From the human T2T-CHM13v2.0 reference genome, Homo sapiens: a DNA stretch of 64,000 bases. Below, one piece after another: positions 26,561 to 40,150 of the stretch. The DNA lies in the NCBI RefSeq assembly GCF_009914755.1, contig NC_060929.1. One strand, 5' to 3'. Each line of letters begins with the position of its first letter. The first letter of the stretch is position 1. Under the pieces are notes generated by a model, which saw only the letters and a list, made by a program, of their open reading frames with translations, was not told the DNA's origin and made no database searches. The translations under genes and the position numbers were made by a program.

Positions 26561-28232
26561 ACCAGGGTAAGCGGTTGCCCAGGACCCAGGCTGGGCCTGG
26601 GGGTGTGAGGGTAATCCCACCTGTGTCTTACAAAGAGGGGCTGGGATACTGCAGACTTCCCTCATGCAATCTCTCTACTTCCAGAGATGGCCTTTTCCCA
26701 GTGTAGATTGAGACCATCAAACTCTAAAATCTAGGAGGCGTCCGCACCATGACACCAGAGGAGTGTGGCTGGTACGATGGCCCTAGACCTTGGACTTGGG
26801 AGCCTCCACCCCAATGTGCACACTGGAATTTGCAGAACTGTCCCCAGCAAAATGCAGCCAGGTCCACAGCCTCTGAGCAGCTGCCGGCAGCCCGTCCGGT
26901 GCAGACGCTGTCTGACTCTGCTTGGAGAGCGGAGAGCGGGACGCTGCCTGCACATGCTGTGGGTTTTGTCTCTGGGCAGCTGCCCTGGGACCCAGCACCC
27001 AGGATGCAGTTTGTTTATGGGTACAGATGAGCACAGAGATAACTACAGCGGGGGAATTAGACATGTTTTCTGGACATGTCTTGTAACACAGAAGCCTCAG
27101 AGATGCTAACAGCACAGGGAGTTCTAGGAAGAGGTGTTGAGAGCCGCCTGGGGCTCCGCACCTGCACAGCCTCCTCCTGGGCGTGGCCAGCCCTGCCCGC
27201 CTCCATTCACTTCCCCACATCAGCACTGACTGTGGGAGTCCTGCTACTGGCCCCGGGCCATCAGTCTCAGCGCTTAGCTCTAAAACTTTGGTCAAATTGG
27301 CAAAGCAAAGGGGCCCCTCTAAGCAGCCGGTGGCAGATTCCATGTCCTGCCTGGCCCTGCAGAGCCCCCTCTCCCGCCTCTCAGCTCGGCAGGGCCAGGC
27401 TGTCTCAGCCCTGCAAGAGAATCTGAAACACTCGGGCAGCACCACCCTGCAAAGGTCCTGAGCATTGTGTCATTAGACAGGGAGAGCACTGCGCTTACCT
27501 GTAAATGAGGTGTGGCCAAGTTTGGGCTTTGGAGCAGGAAGCAAGCTCATTCTGTTCTTGAGTGATGCTGCTTATGATTTAATATAAACTACGATACAAA
27601 CATCGGAAAGTAACCCAAAGAACCATTTCCTCTTCTGAGACTTACACATAAATTATATATGCACCGTATACAAATAATACTACTAAAATTGAGCCTAAGA
27701 ATTGATCTTCCAAGTATCCTGGGGTGGGGGGAAACAGGGTAAAATGAACTGCCTTTTTAGAAACATCGTAGTCTTCATCGATGCTACTTTTTATAGAGTA
27801 CGACACATTTTACCCTTGGAGAGAAGGGTGCTGGTAGGGTGTGGAGGCTGAACGTGTAAGATTTCTTTTAATTGCATGAAACACATAACCCTTTAATAAG
27901 TTAATATGACGATGCCTCCAGGCCCTCCGCCGTATTCCTGTGAGGACGCATTGACCCACTTCCAGCCCACTCATCCATTTCTCTATAATGATGTCACTTC
28001 TAATTCACTTAACACTTTAATTAAACCAAACAAGCAACCTTGCCAGAGACGGATATCTTGTAAGGGATTTCTAATGACAACGAGTTTTGGAAGTGATTAA
28101 TGTATGGACAGGTGTAAACCTTTCAACTTAATCATTCATTGGAATGATTTTAATTCATGGAGAAAGATAAAATGATATAGGTTGAAAATTACAACTCCAA
28201 TCATTCAAAGTCTATTTGCCTCAAAGAAAGCC

Positions 28233-28424
28233 TGTGTGTGTTTCTGTGTGTGTGTGTGTGAGAGAGAGAGTGGTGTGTGTGTGTGTGGTGTGTGTGGTAC
28301 ATGTGTGGTATGAGTGCAGGGCGTGTATGTGTGGTGTGTGCATGGTTGTATATATGTGCTCTGTGTATGTGTGTGGGCTGTGTGTGTGAAAGTGCGGTGT
28401 GTGTGATGTGTGTGTGGTGTGTGT
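28233..28424. repeat. Degenerate (TG)n tract
   Basis: Direct reading. Confidence 0.92.
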
Positions 28425-29132
28425 CTAAGAACACAGATGGGGTATTTCTCATCTGTGCGAGCTGTCTACCGGCCACACTCACAGCAGTCGGCAGTGTGGG
28501 TTAAGGGGGATTTGACTTTGCCTGAGAGCAGCAGCAGTTAGAAAGTTCAGAGCCACCCACTCCTGTAAACCAGGTTCCTTTCTCTACCTACAGAGTGAGA
28601 ACAACTCTTTGGGGTGGGGGCCATGTCCCTTTTTTGCTGGAGAATCTGAATTTTCCACAAAAAAAGACCCTGAGTAGCAGATGGAGGCCTCCCAGCTCCT
28701 CACTCAGCCCCGCTGCCAGAGAAGCGTGGCTCTCCCGTGTTAGGCGGGGCCAAGAGGGCGCGGCGATGCCCCGGGCAGTGGCACACGCAGCACAGGGCCC
28801 CTCCACTTGGGACCAGGTTCAGAAGCAAGGCCCAGCCATTTCTGTCCAGGGCGCTCAGCTGAGCATGCTCTGATTGAGAAGGCAAGAGGTGCCACTTTTA
28901 AAAATAATTGAGATGTCTTCATTTAAACAACAACAAAGCCTAAAAGATGGGTTTCACTTGAGTCCCCAGAGGCAGAGCCTGGGACAGGTCTGTGGGCAGG
29001 TGACGCAGGCAGCACTGAGGGGACCTGTGGATCCCAGGGATGGGGAGGAGAATGTGAGTGGGGGAGCTGCGCCTCTTCCCTGGGAGCTGCGGGGGCCAGG
29101 GCAGCACAGACGCACTCCCCTGGGGCCAGTGG

Positions 29133-30026
29133 ACAAACAGACATACATAGACATATACAGACGCACAGAGATACACAGAGATACACAGACAGATGCACAC
29201 AGACACACAGAGTCACACAGGCACAGACAAACACACGGATACACACAGACACACACAGACACATACAGATGCACAGAGATACACACAGACACACAGAGAT
29301 ACACAGGCACAGACAGACGCACAGAGATACACACAGACACACAGAGATACACAGACAGACGCACACAGACACACAGACTCACACAGGCACAGACAGGTGC
29401 ACAGAGATACACACAGACACACAGAGATACACAGACAGACACACACAGATACACAGACTTACACAGGCACAGACACACACAGATACACAGACTTACACAG
29501 GCACAGACACACACAGACACACATGACACACAAACACACAAAGACACAGACACACTCAGACACACACAGACATACAGACAGACACACACACAGACACATA
29601 TGGGCACGCAGACACACAGAGATGCATAGACAGACACATACAGACAGACAGACATGCAGAGATACACAGATAGAAACACACAGATATATAGACATGGACA
29701 CATACAGACACAAAGACACACACAGACACATACAGACACACAGACACACATAGACACACACAAATAAACATACACATGCAGATACATAGACACATACAGA
29801 TACATAGACACACAGACACACTCAGACACAGAGACACATACAGATACACAGACACACTCAGATATATAGGCACACAGACACATAGACAATATACACACAG
29901 ATACATAGACACACACAGATACACAGACGCACACACACAGATAAACACAGATGCACACACACAAACAGAAACACAGATACACAGAGAAACAGACACAGAC
30001 ACACAGACACAGACACACCCACACAC
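29133..30026. repeat. About 0.9-kb CA-rich array, (CACAGA)/(CAGATA)/(CA)n mosaic
   Basis: Direct reading; recurring higher-order unit ACAGAGATACACACAGACACACAGAGATACACAG in 29272-29435. Confidence 0.96.
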
Positions 30027-30705
30027 TTAATGCTCTGTGACCAGAATCAATAGGGGGCATGTTAGCAAAGAAAAGAAATGGTCTAGAAGTCTTTTTTCAT
30101 ATATGGTTCTAAAATTTAAACTTTGTATGCAAATTTGACAACTTAATATCTCAACACTTGGAGACTAAAATATAACTTCTAAGGAAGCCAAAATGTTTTT
30201 GAGTTTACACCTCAACAAAAGCCTTTATTGGCTTATTCTCAGCTGTAATGTGATGAACCTCAACGAAAGAAAGAACGTGGTGAAGATTACATCACTCTTA
30301 GTTATGGTACATGAATTAATTTTAATTAACTGGAAGGCGACCCTGTTAACAAAGTAGCCAATTATTTAAAAATGTAGTATGAGTGTACCGCATTTCTATG
30401 TTAATCAGTTATCACGGTCACAAATGACTGAATGTAGAAAGGTATTCTGATTTACAAATAAGCTTTTATTCTAAAAATTAGATTACAAATGCATTATTTC
30501 AATAGAAAGAATTGGCAAAGAAAAATCCAAAGAGAAAAAAATAGTAGCAGCAACAAGCTTTTCCTTTAGGTTATATTTTTCTTTAAAATTAGATAGATTA
30601 TTCAAGTAAAATCAGTTATATATCCATAATTTAGAAAATTTTAAAAAGCATAGGAAGATAAAATGTCTCCTGTAGTCTCACACTTCAAATATCTTTGAAC
30701 TATTC

Positions 30706-30797
30706 ATATATATAAATATACACACACACATATATATATACGTATATACATATACGTATATATACATATATACACTCATATACATATATATATTCAT
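30706..30797. repeat. (TA)n/(CATA)n/(CA)n mixed tract
   Basis: Direct reading. Confidence 0.85.
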
Positions 30798-31943
30798 ATT
30801 ACTATGGCTATTTTTGTTGGAAATTGATTCTATGTTATCTGTACAGTTTCTTAAAATACTTTTTCTTTTATAAATAAGGTAATTTATAATTTTCCCTCAA
30901 TGCATAGGATAGCATTTCTTTATAAAATTAAACATGGTTCTGAAATATTATTTCAGTGTCTGTGTAATAGTCTATATTTTGTGTGTTCCAAACATTTTAA
31001 ATAAATATTCTATGGTGGGGCATAATTATTTTTAATAAATATAAAATTAAAATTATCTTTACTCTTAACTTTTTGACATCTTTTGAAACAAAAATAAAAA
31101 TCTGTTTTCACCTCTGATTATTTCTTTATAGTAAATTCCTAAAAGTAGATTCACAAGTTCCTAATATATGGTTCTTTAAATGGTTCTTCACGCATATTTT
31201 CTAAAAATTTTCTAGAAATGTTGCCAAATTCGACTTTCATCGGCACCGTGAATACGGCAGAAAACTGTACACCGTTCTTGGGAGACTCTCCCTGTTCCGC
31301 AGCCAGTCTTGCTACCACTTTCACTTCTGTTTTATGTACTTGTCGATTTGAAAAAAAGAAAAAAGTCGGCCAAATATTTTAATGATTAGTGTCTATATGT
31401 ATATTTTGTTATCCTTACATTGATTTTAAAAATGGTTCAATTTAATATGTAAAACTTCATTATATATTTAGGATACTTATCACAATTAAGTTACGTATGT
31501 TGCAAGTACATTTTCCCAATGGGCTATTTTTTTTTTCATTTTCCTTTGGTAGTTTTAGATTTCAGAGACATTAATTTTAGTGTATTTTAAGACAAGTTAA
31601 AGAATTAAGAACCTGATAAAATATATGAATGGTAGAGAAAAAAAAACAACAACAACACAATCATAAAGGCTGAGATACAAGGTGATAGACCTTAAGAAAG
31701 ATCAAGAAAACAAGGAAGGAATCATTTACAAGGAAGGAATCATTTTTAAAAAGACTAAGCTAGAAGTAACACAGGGTGAGTAAACACAACAGAGAGTAGC
31801 TTAAAAGAAATAGAAGGCGAAATGAAGGAAATATTAACAAGCGAAAAAGAAATGAAGAGAATGTTGAAGAGAATTTGAAAGAAAATGACACTAACAGAAA
31901 AAGATCAAGGAGGATCTGACCCAATTAGAAGAGGAGCCCAGAA

Positions 31944-32298
<355 letters not shown>

Positions 32299-34100
32299 TT
32301 ACAGCTATGTATTTAAAAGTCCACTTAGTGGAAAAAGAAGAAAAAACATCATGATGACCAATATTGAAATATTTTAATGTCAAGCTACTGGGCTTTAAAG
32401 AAAACCACCAACAACAAAAACTCTTTTGAATTCAAAGTGAAAAATTAAGCCTCCTATGAAAAAATAGAAAATCAGATTGTCATACAAATTTTTGATAGCA
32501 AAACTTTATGCCAAAAATAATAGAAACTTTTAAAGTATTCAAAGATAGAAGTGAGTAATGGATTTGATATCCAGCTAAACTAGTGCTTAAATATAAAATA
32601 CATTTTTAAAACTAGTTATCAATATGCAAAAACTTAGGATGTATTGCTCTACTGAGCACTGAAAATTCTCTTAGAAAATTAGTTTCAGACAGCCAATATT
32701 ACTAAAACATTCTGTATAAGAACTGTTTGTGAGCATTAAATGTTTAATTGTAGAACAAAGAAAAGTAATAATGATAAGGTGTAGATTATAGTGTGTAATG
32801 GCTATATGCTTGGAAAATGTAGATAAATTACAACCATTAAAACTGAGCGATGATGAACAGATCCTATGAAAAATGACATTGCCTTAAAGCTATTAATGGG
32901 AAAACAAGGATATTACTTCTTATCAGAGGCCAGAGAGATAAACGAGAAAGAAAAGGATGAAGTTTATAGTTAATGTAACTATTGTTTCTCCTAGGATAAA
33001 GAGAAATAAAAGGGAAGATGATAGAAAGAAATTGATATAAAGATTGATATAAAGCTAACTAGAACACAAATATAAACTAAAGTTAAACCCAAAAATAAAC
33101 TAAAAAGAGAGAGACGCGAAAAGAAAAAATTACAAACCATATAATGAATAAGTCTGTACAAGTCTCATGTGTCTATAATCATAGAAAAGAATGATTAACA
33201 TAACAGTATAACACTGACTCTAGATAGAGTGCCTGTATCTATCAGCTTAAGTCACTCATTAAAGGATAAATATTGTTCAAATAACCCAGCAAAGCTAAAT
33301 CCCAAATTATGCTTCGTAGTACAGACACATCTAAAACAGAAACCCAGAAAGACTGAAAAGGTAATGATAGACAAAGATACACCAGGCAAACACACATATA
33401 AAAGCAAGAGATGCAATTTTTGTATCTGACTAAGGAGCATTAAAGGGAAAGAAATCACTTTAAACTTCTGTAGGCTACAAGTCTCCATTAAGACATAACA
33501 GCGAGTAATATCCACAGCTTGTTAACAGCTCTGGCAAAGCATGAACTGGAGAAGATGTGAGGAGAAACAGACAAAATCACCCTAATAAAGTAGGTATTAG
33601 TACATTTCTATCTGTGCAGGTGAGATAGATGGACAGTGTATACATAAGAATGTAGATGACTTAAATAACAGACTCAGCAGAAAAATCTTACAGATTGAAC
33701 TTGAATTCCCAATAATAAGAGAATGAAGCTTCTCTTCAAGACCACATGCAGGACTGATAATGTCTCAGTCCACTACAAAAAAACCCAATAAATTCCAAAA
33801 TGTAGGAAAAAACATAACCAGAATTCTCCAATCATAACACAATGAAAATACAATGAATTCTTTTAAACAAAAAGTACTCTTCCACCTTTACATTTTGTAA
33901 TTTATCACTAAATAAATTATAAATTAAAAGGAAAATTTTTAAAGAATACAGAATTTCTTGAAAGTACATGTTATTAGAATCTATGAGCTATAACTAAAAT
34001 AGTTACTAGGTGATAAAGAAATGAATTAAATAACAATATCAACAAAAATTGCTAAAGTAAAAATAAGTAAATGAAAGACCCAATTCAAAAAGCAAGATCA

Positions 34101-34404
<304 letters not shown>

Positions 34405-35439
34405 GCAAGATCAAGAACATCACAGTAAACCAAGAGCAGGGGGTAGAGAGGATAAGGAAGCAGGCGTGAGCAAATGGGTTACCTATCTTTACCATCTGCA
34501 GGACTTACCAACTGAAAATTGATTTATTAAAACACCAAATTAGCTAACTTACTCAAAAAAGTGTAAGGGGGAAATGAGGAGAGCACTAATACAAAAAATT
34601 AAAAATGAGATAGAAGTAACATTCAAAGTGATATTTAAAAAAAATGCACAAGAAACTACTTTGCACAAATCTATAAAAACATTAAAACCAGTCACAAATT
34701 GATACAAGAATACTACTTACTGAAATCGACCCCAGTAGAGATAGAAAGTCTAATAAGGCAATAACTGGAAAAGATAACAACTAGAGAAGACACCCATACA
34801 AAAGAACCATAAACCACTTATATGGTTTCTCAGAGAAGATCTACCAAATCTTTAAAGATGATATCATTCCAACTACTTCAGAGCAGAGAAAAAGAAGGAA
34901 ATCTTACAAATCCATTTTGTGATTTATAACACTGATGTAAAACTTAAGAACTACTTAATTCAAATAAAACCTGCTGAACACTCTATAAATATCAGTGCAA
35001 AAAGCCTTAAAAAGAAATGTAGGAAACAAAATACACAATACATTCTAAACATGACAACATAGCTGATTTAGAAAATTACAAATATATAAAGGTTGTTCAA
35101 TATTAGAAAAGTCATCAAATAGAGATACGCAGAAAAATTATACAGTCATCTTCAGATATGTAAAAAAGATATTTAATAAAATTTATCACAATTGATATTG
35201 AAAACACTCAAAAGTAGGAAGATTAGTAATTATTAAATAGTATTAAATGTTGCCTATAAAAGTCAGAAGGAAAACCTTATGTCCACTGTCTCTACTACTA
35301 TTTCATACTGTATTTTAAAGACAGCCAAAATTTGTGTGTATATTTTGCTTACATTTCTTGCTGATCCATTACCCACACATATGCACGCTATGATCCAAGC
35401 AGCCCTACTTAAGCTAAAAGAATTAAACTCATAGTTAAA

Positions 35440-36592
35440 TCATTGTCCTCCCAGCAGAGATATAATGTGCATTTTGACTCTGTCAAGTTAATTGCATAGG
35501 TAAAAATAAAGCAAAAGTCTTCTGAGGCACTTCAAACAATTTAGTATTTCTACAACATATTCTTTACAACATTTGGGATGAAGAAACAGGAGGATATGTC
35601 AAGTTCTCTAGAGAGAAGGAAATGAATGAGGAACAACCTCATGATCCCAATGTTGCAATCAGCAGACATGAGTTTAAAAGAAGCAATTGTCACTGCTCAA
35701 GAATGTAAAGGAAAATATGTTTACAATGAACACAAAGATAGTAGGTATTAGCAGAAAAACATAAACTAAAACAAAATAGAAGACAAAGTTTTAAGTTGAA
35801 AATTACAATATCTGAAAATTTTTTAAAATCAGTGAATGGGCCTAACAGTGGAATGGACATGACAGAAAATTAGTGGATTTGTTTTTTAAAAAAATCAATA
35901 GAAATTTTTCAACTTAAGAATAGAGAGAAAAGAAAAAAGATTGATAGGATCTAAGGAGAATATCATCAACAGGACTTAAGATGCAGATATTGGAGTCACA
36001 AAAGAAAAATGAAGAGAGACTAAGGAAGAATACACACACACACACACACATATATAAAATCAAATAAATATATAATGAAATATATATATATATATAAAGA
36101 AAACAATGGCTAAAGTTTTCCCAAATGTGCACAAACACATAAATGTACAGATTTGTGAATCTTAGTGGACCCCAGCAAAACAAATACAAAGATACAAAGG
36201 CAAGCACATTACAGACATTACTTGGAAAACCAAAGTAAACAGAAAATCTTCAGAGCAGCTTGAGAAAAATGACACATTGCATGAGGAGGAACTATGATCC
36301 AGTGTTCACTAACTTCTAATATAAAGCAACGGAGACCAGGAGACAGTGGAATAACACTCATCAAACACTGGAAGGTTAAAATTACTCAGGTTCATCTAGA
36401 ATTCTACATTCAGCTAAAAGTGCTCAAGAAGAAGGCAAAATAAAGATATCATCAAATAAAAAGAAAACTAGGAATATATGTTGTGAGCAGACCTGCCCTA
36501 CTAGAAATGCTAAATGAAGTTCCTCACGCTAAAGAAAGCGATTCCAGATGGAAACTCAGCTCTTCAAGAAAAAGTAAAGGGATTGGAAATGT
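35440..36592 (+). mobile_element. Ancient L1M ORF1 region, containing a CA/TA microsatellite at about 36031-36096
   Basis: AAAATTACAATATCTGAAA, TGAATGGGCCTAACAG, GGAGTCACAAAAG, AAAATCTTCAGAGCAGC, CTAGAATTCTACATTCAGCTAAA, AGCAGACCTGCCCTACTAGAAATGCTAAA. Confidence 0.75.
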
Positions 36593-39539
36593 CAGGAGAA
36601 TCCGCAGCAGCAGTGCAAAATGCGAAGAAGGGCTTGGACCACACTGACGCAGTTTCTCCTTCAGGGACCTGATTACTTTTTGAAAATCTGTTTTCTTCCC
36701 TTTTTCTCTCTGATGATGTTTCTCTCCTTGGCCTTTTCACCAGCTTTGGGGAAATATTTCCGGAGTTTCTCATCGATAAACCTGACTCAATGTTTGCCGA
36801 TGGCTTGACCCTTCCTGTTCTGTCTGCTTCTTCATCACCCTCAGGTGCTATTTCTTTTCTCATTCTCCTCTGAACTCCCTCCTCTCTGCACCTTCATTTC
36901 TCTTCACTAATTTTTTAGTTCCTTGTTTGTATTTTCTTCATACTCAGAGAGAGCACAAAGAAAATTCTAATTGCACGTACCTTAGACTTCCTTTAGGAAA
37001 CTTCTTTTTCAAAATATATTCTTTCCCTATCTTAGGTCTATGCATACACCCTCTTTGTAACAAAGCAGGATGTTTTTATAAGTTCCACCCTGGTTTCTCT
37101 CAATTTACCTGCTTTCATAGGAGCATGTCTTGGTGTGCCACTATGGTGGGTTCTCTACACAGGTGCACCGGAGCCACTGGAAGTGTCTTCATGGCAAAGG
37201 TGGAGGGCTGGGTGTTAAGCTCAGATTCCCTGCCCAGTGATGCCACAGCCTAGGAAAAATGGGGGAAATCTGGAGACTTGGATAGAACCAACCAGATTCG
37301 TCCTTCCAGGCACTTTCCTTATGTTTACTAAAACGGCTTTTCCAGGAACCAGTGTCCTCCAGGTAGAGCCTATGTAGAGAATCTTCTACTCTGGGTTTTT
37401 TTGTGTGATCAAGTTGACTTTTCTGTATGGCTTTGCTGTCTCTTGGGTTTGAGAACAGCTCCACTGGGTCAGGAAGGAGACCTCCAGGTTGACAGAAATC
37501 TGCACCCAGGAAAAACCAGTTACACTGATGTTTTCACTGGGAGTCACCCCTCTCGCCCCAGGAACTGCTAGCACAGCTGCTTCTGAATTCTATCAGTCTG
37601 TCCCTAAAGAGGATGTGGGCGTCCAGATGGTGCCCCTTCAATTTCTTCCAGGTCTAACTCATTCATTGGAGGAGTCTTAGGAGCCCTGCCAGGAGGCAGG
37701 AGTGTCTTCCACGGAGGCAACTTGTCAGTGCTCAGGGCTTCTTTTCATCCAGCCCCATCTGCATTTTATGTAGAAGAAATTCATTATCATTTCTGGCACT
37801 CTGACGAGGCCCTTTCCTGGATTCCAGCAGTAAGTCTATTTTTAACTTCCTTTGATTATCACTCTTAGTTTGAGGAGAGGCATATTGGACATCTGGGCTT
37901 ACATAGCCATCTCTAGAAAAAGGGGTGGTTCGGCTTCTTAGAGACTTATTTCCTTCCTACACATCAAACAAAGAATTTCAGGAACTTAATATCAAACCAG
38001 TGATTTTTTTTATATAAATACATATTGTATTTTCAACTTACTGATGGAAATGTATGAATATTACCAAACAGAGCTTCCTTTTCATGCTCATAGTCATCGC
38101 TGATGTATAAATAATTCATTTTAAAACACACACATACACTGTCTCATACTTTGCTGGACACCTGGATTCTTCTACCGGATAGTCACTGACCCCACCAGAC
38201 AACTCTGCAGCCCCCACCCTCCTATGCTTTAAAGACAGCATCATGCCCATGGACAAGAGCATGTCTGTGCTATTAGGAAATGTTTCCAAAAGTGAGATCT
38301 GGACCAACTGAGGGGACCCTTCAGATGAGACGCCTGAGCCTGACTCCCATTTGTCACAATCCCTTTCCCAGTAGGAAACCTGGCAGGGCTTCTTGGCCTA
38401 ATACGGATCCCAGCTGAGTTGAGTCGGAGCCCAGCCCTTGACCCTGTAACCTGGTGTGGGCTTCTGCCTGCATCTTTCAACTTCCCTCGGCCAGCCCATT
38501 CCTAACTGTGCCTTCTCCAGTCCTACTCGGAATGGAGAGTTGAAAATCCCCTGGTCCTAAGAGAGGGATCAACATTAACTCTCACTTTCTCAAATACACA
38601 GGAACTTCTCTGACCTTTTAGCCCTTGAAGCTCTGTAAATACCCACCCCTCCAAGGGGCAAGAAAGCCAGTGAATCTGTGTTTTGGTTTCAGGCCCTCCA
38701 TGCAAAACCAGATGCATTTGTTAGGACTCCTATGCAATAGTTTATTAGTTTCTATAAGAAGGACAATATATATTTATAGCTGTATAATATGTTTAGACCC
38801 ACATGTATATACTTATATATATGTACACATACACAGACACACACACCCCCCTACATCACAGAGATATTCTGGGAATTAATGAAATAAATAATAGTTCTTA
38901 AAAGCACTTACTTATTGAGACAATATGTTATATAAATATTTGTAAAAGGCTCTATTTCTAGTTTATTAGATAGCTTAGGAGTTATCAGGCAATTATGGCA
39001 AGAGGAATATGTTGTATCCAATTCCAGAAAACATTTGTTAATTGCCACTGATGTTGCCTTAGGAACTCCATTAGTAAAATTGTCTATTCCTAAATCACTG
39101 GTAGAAAAGCAAATCAGAGTTAGGCTTGTAATGTTTTCAGATTGTCACATTCCCTTCTGGCCTGGATAAGCCAGGAAATTATTGTATTACGCACCGAAAG
39201 TATCAGCTCAAAACCCATATGGGAACACAGAGCATGAGAATAAATAACACGTGCAAATCCATATTGAGGAGAAACTTCACTCTAGAGTTAATGAAACCAA
39301 AACCTATAAAACCCATGTATCCAGTTTTATTAGAATCTAATGTGCCAAATATGTACTTTATATTTTGTTGATCACCTATTTATACCTACAAGGTTTTTCT
39401 ATAGAGTCTTTTCGTTAAACCAATGACTTCCTTGATAACAGGCTGGACCTCCACCTTGTCCATTTGCACTCACTATTCCCGCAGAGGCTGTGAGTGTCAT
39501 GGAGCTAGTGCAGTAGACAGACCATTCCGCGTCAGTCGG

Positions 39540-40150
39540 TGAATTACATTAATTGATTTTCAACTGTTAATCAACCTTGCTTTTCTGGGATTAAATATAC
39601 CAAAGCATTATATATAAATTGCTGGATTCAATTTACTAGTTTTTTATAAAAGATTTGTGTGTCTAGTTTCATGAGGAATACTGTCTTTTCAATTTTTGTA
39701 AAAGAAAAGATTTTATAAAATAATTCTCAGCACTCTCAGCTTTACAAAATAAGTTGGGAAGCCGCTCTCTCTTCTGTATTTCCTGAAAGTGTTTGCAGAA
39801 GATTGCCATGGAAGAGAGGACACCACACATTCTAGAAATATTAAGAGGATATTTTATATCATTTAGAGTTAATTGTCTCCGGGACGTGTAGTTCTGTTAC
39901 CACTTTCATTACTCTTTTTAGGAGATTTTTTAAAAATATTTTCAAATAACTAACTTTTGACTTTTTAATTTTTTGTATATTTTTCAATTTTCTATTTAAT
40001 TGATGTCCACTTTAATTTTTTCTTTTGCTTACAGTAAATCTAATCTACATTTGTTTTTCTTGATGTCCACTTTAATCTTTTCTTTTGCTTACACTAAATT
40101 TAATCTATATTTCTTTTTCTAACTTAATTTGGTAACATAGATCAGTAATT
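39540..40150 (-). mobile_element. Ancient L1M ORF2 fragments
   Basis: TGAATTACATTAATTGATTTTCAACTGTTAATCAACCTTGCTTTTCTGGGATTAAAT and TTGCTGGATTCAATTTACTAG resemble the antisense L1 RT region. Confidence 0.6.
40001..40120. repeat. 60-bp tandem duplication (2 copies, 5 mismatches)
   Basis: 40001-40060 and 40061-40120 both begin TGATGTCCACTTTAAT and end TTTTTCT. Confidence 0.95.

Noticed and set aside
28874-30060. Thr/His/Gln- and Cys/Val-rich ORFs of 150-370 aa
   Set aside because: Artefacts of the CA/TG array.
31710-31745. Perfect 18-bp tandem duplication ACAAGGAAGGAATCATTT
   Set aside because: Ordinary slippage duplication inside degraded L1; nothing suggests function.
36660-37900. Possible antisense HAL1/L1 ORF1-like fossil
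   Set aside because: The T-rich texture is suggestive, but I could not match enough diagnostic sequence to call it.
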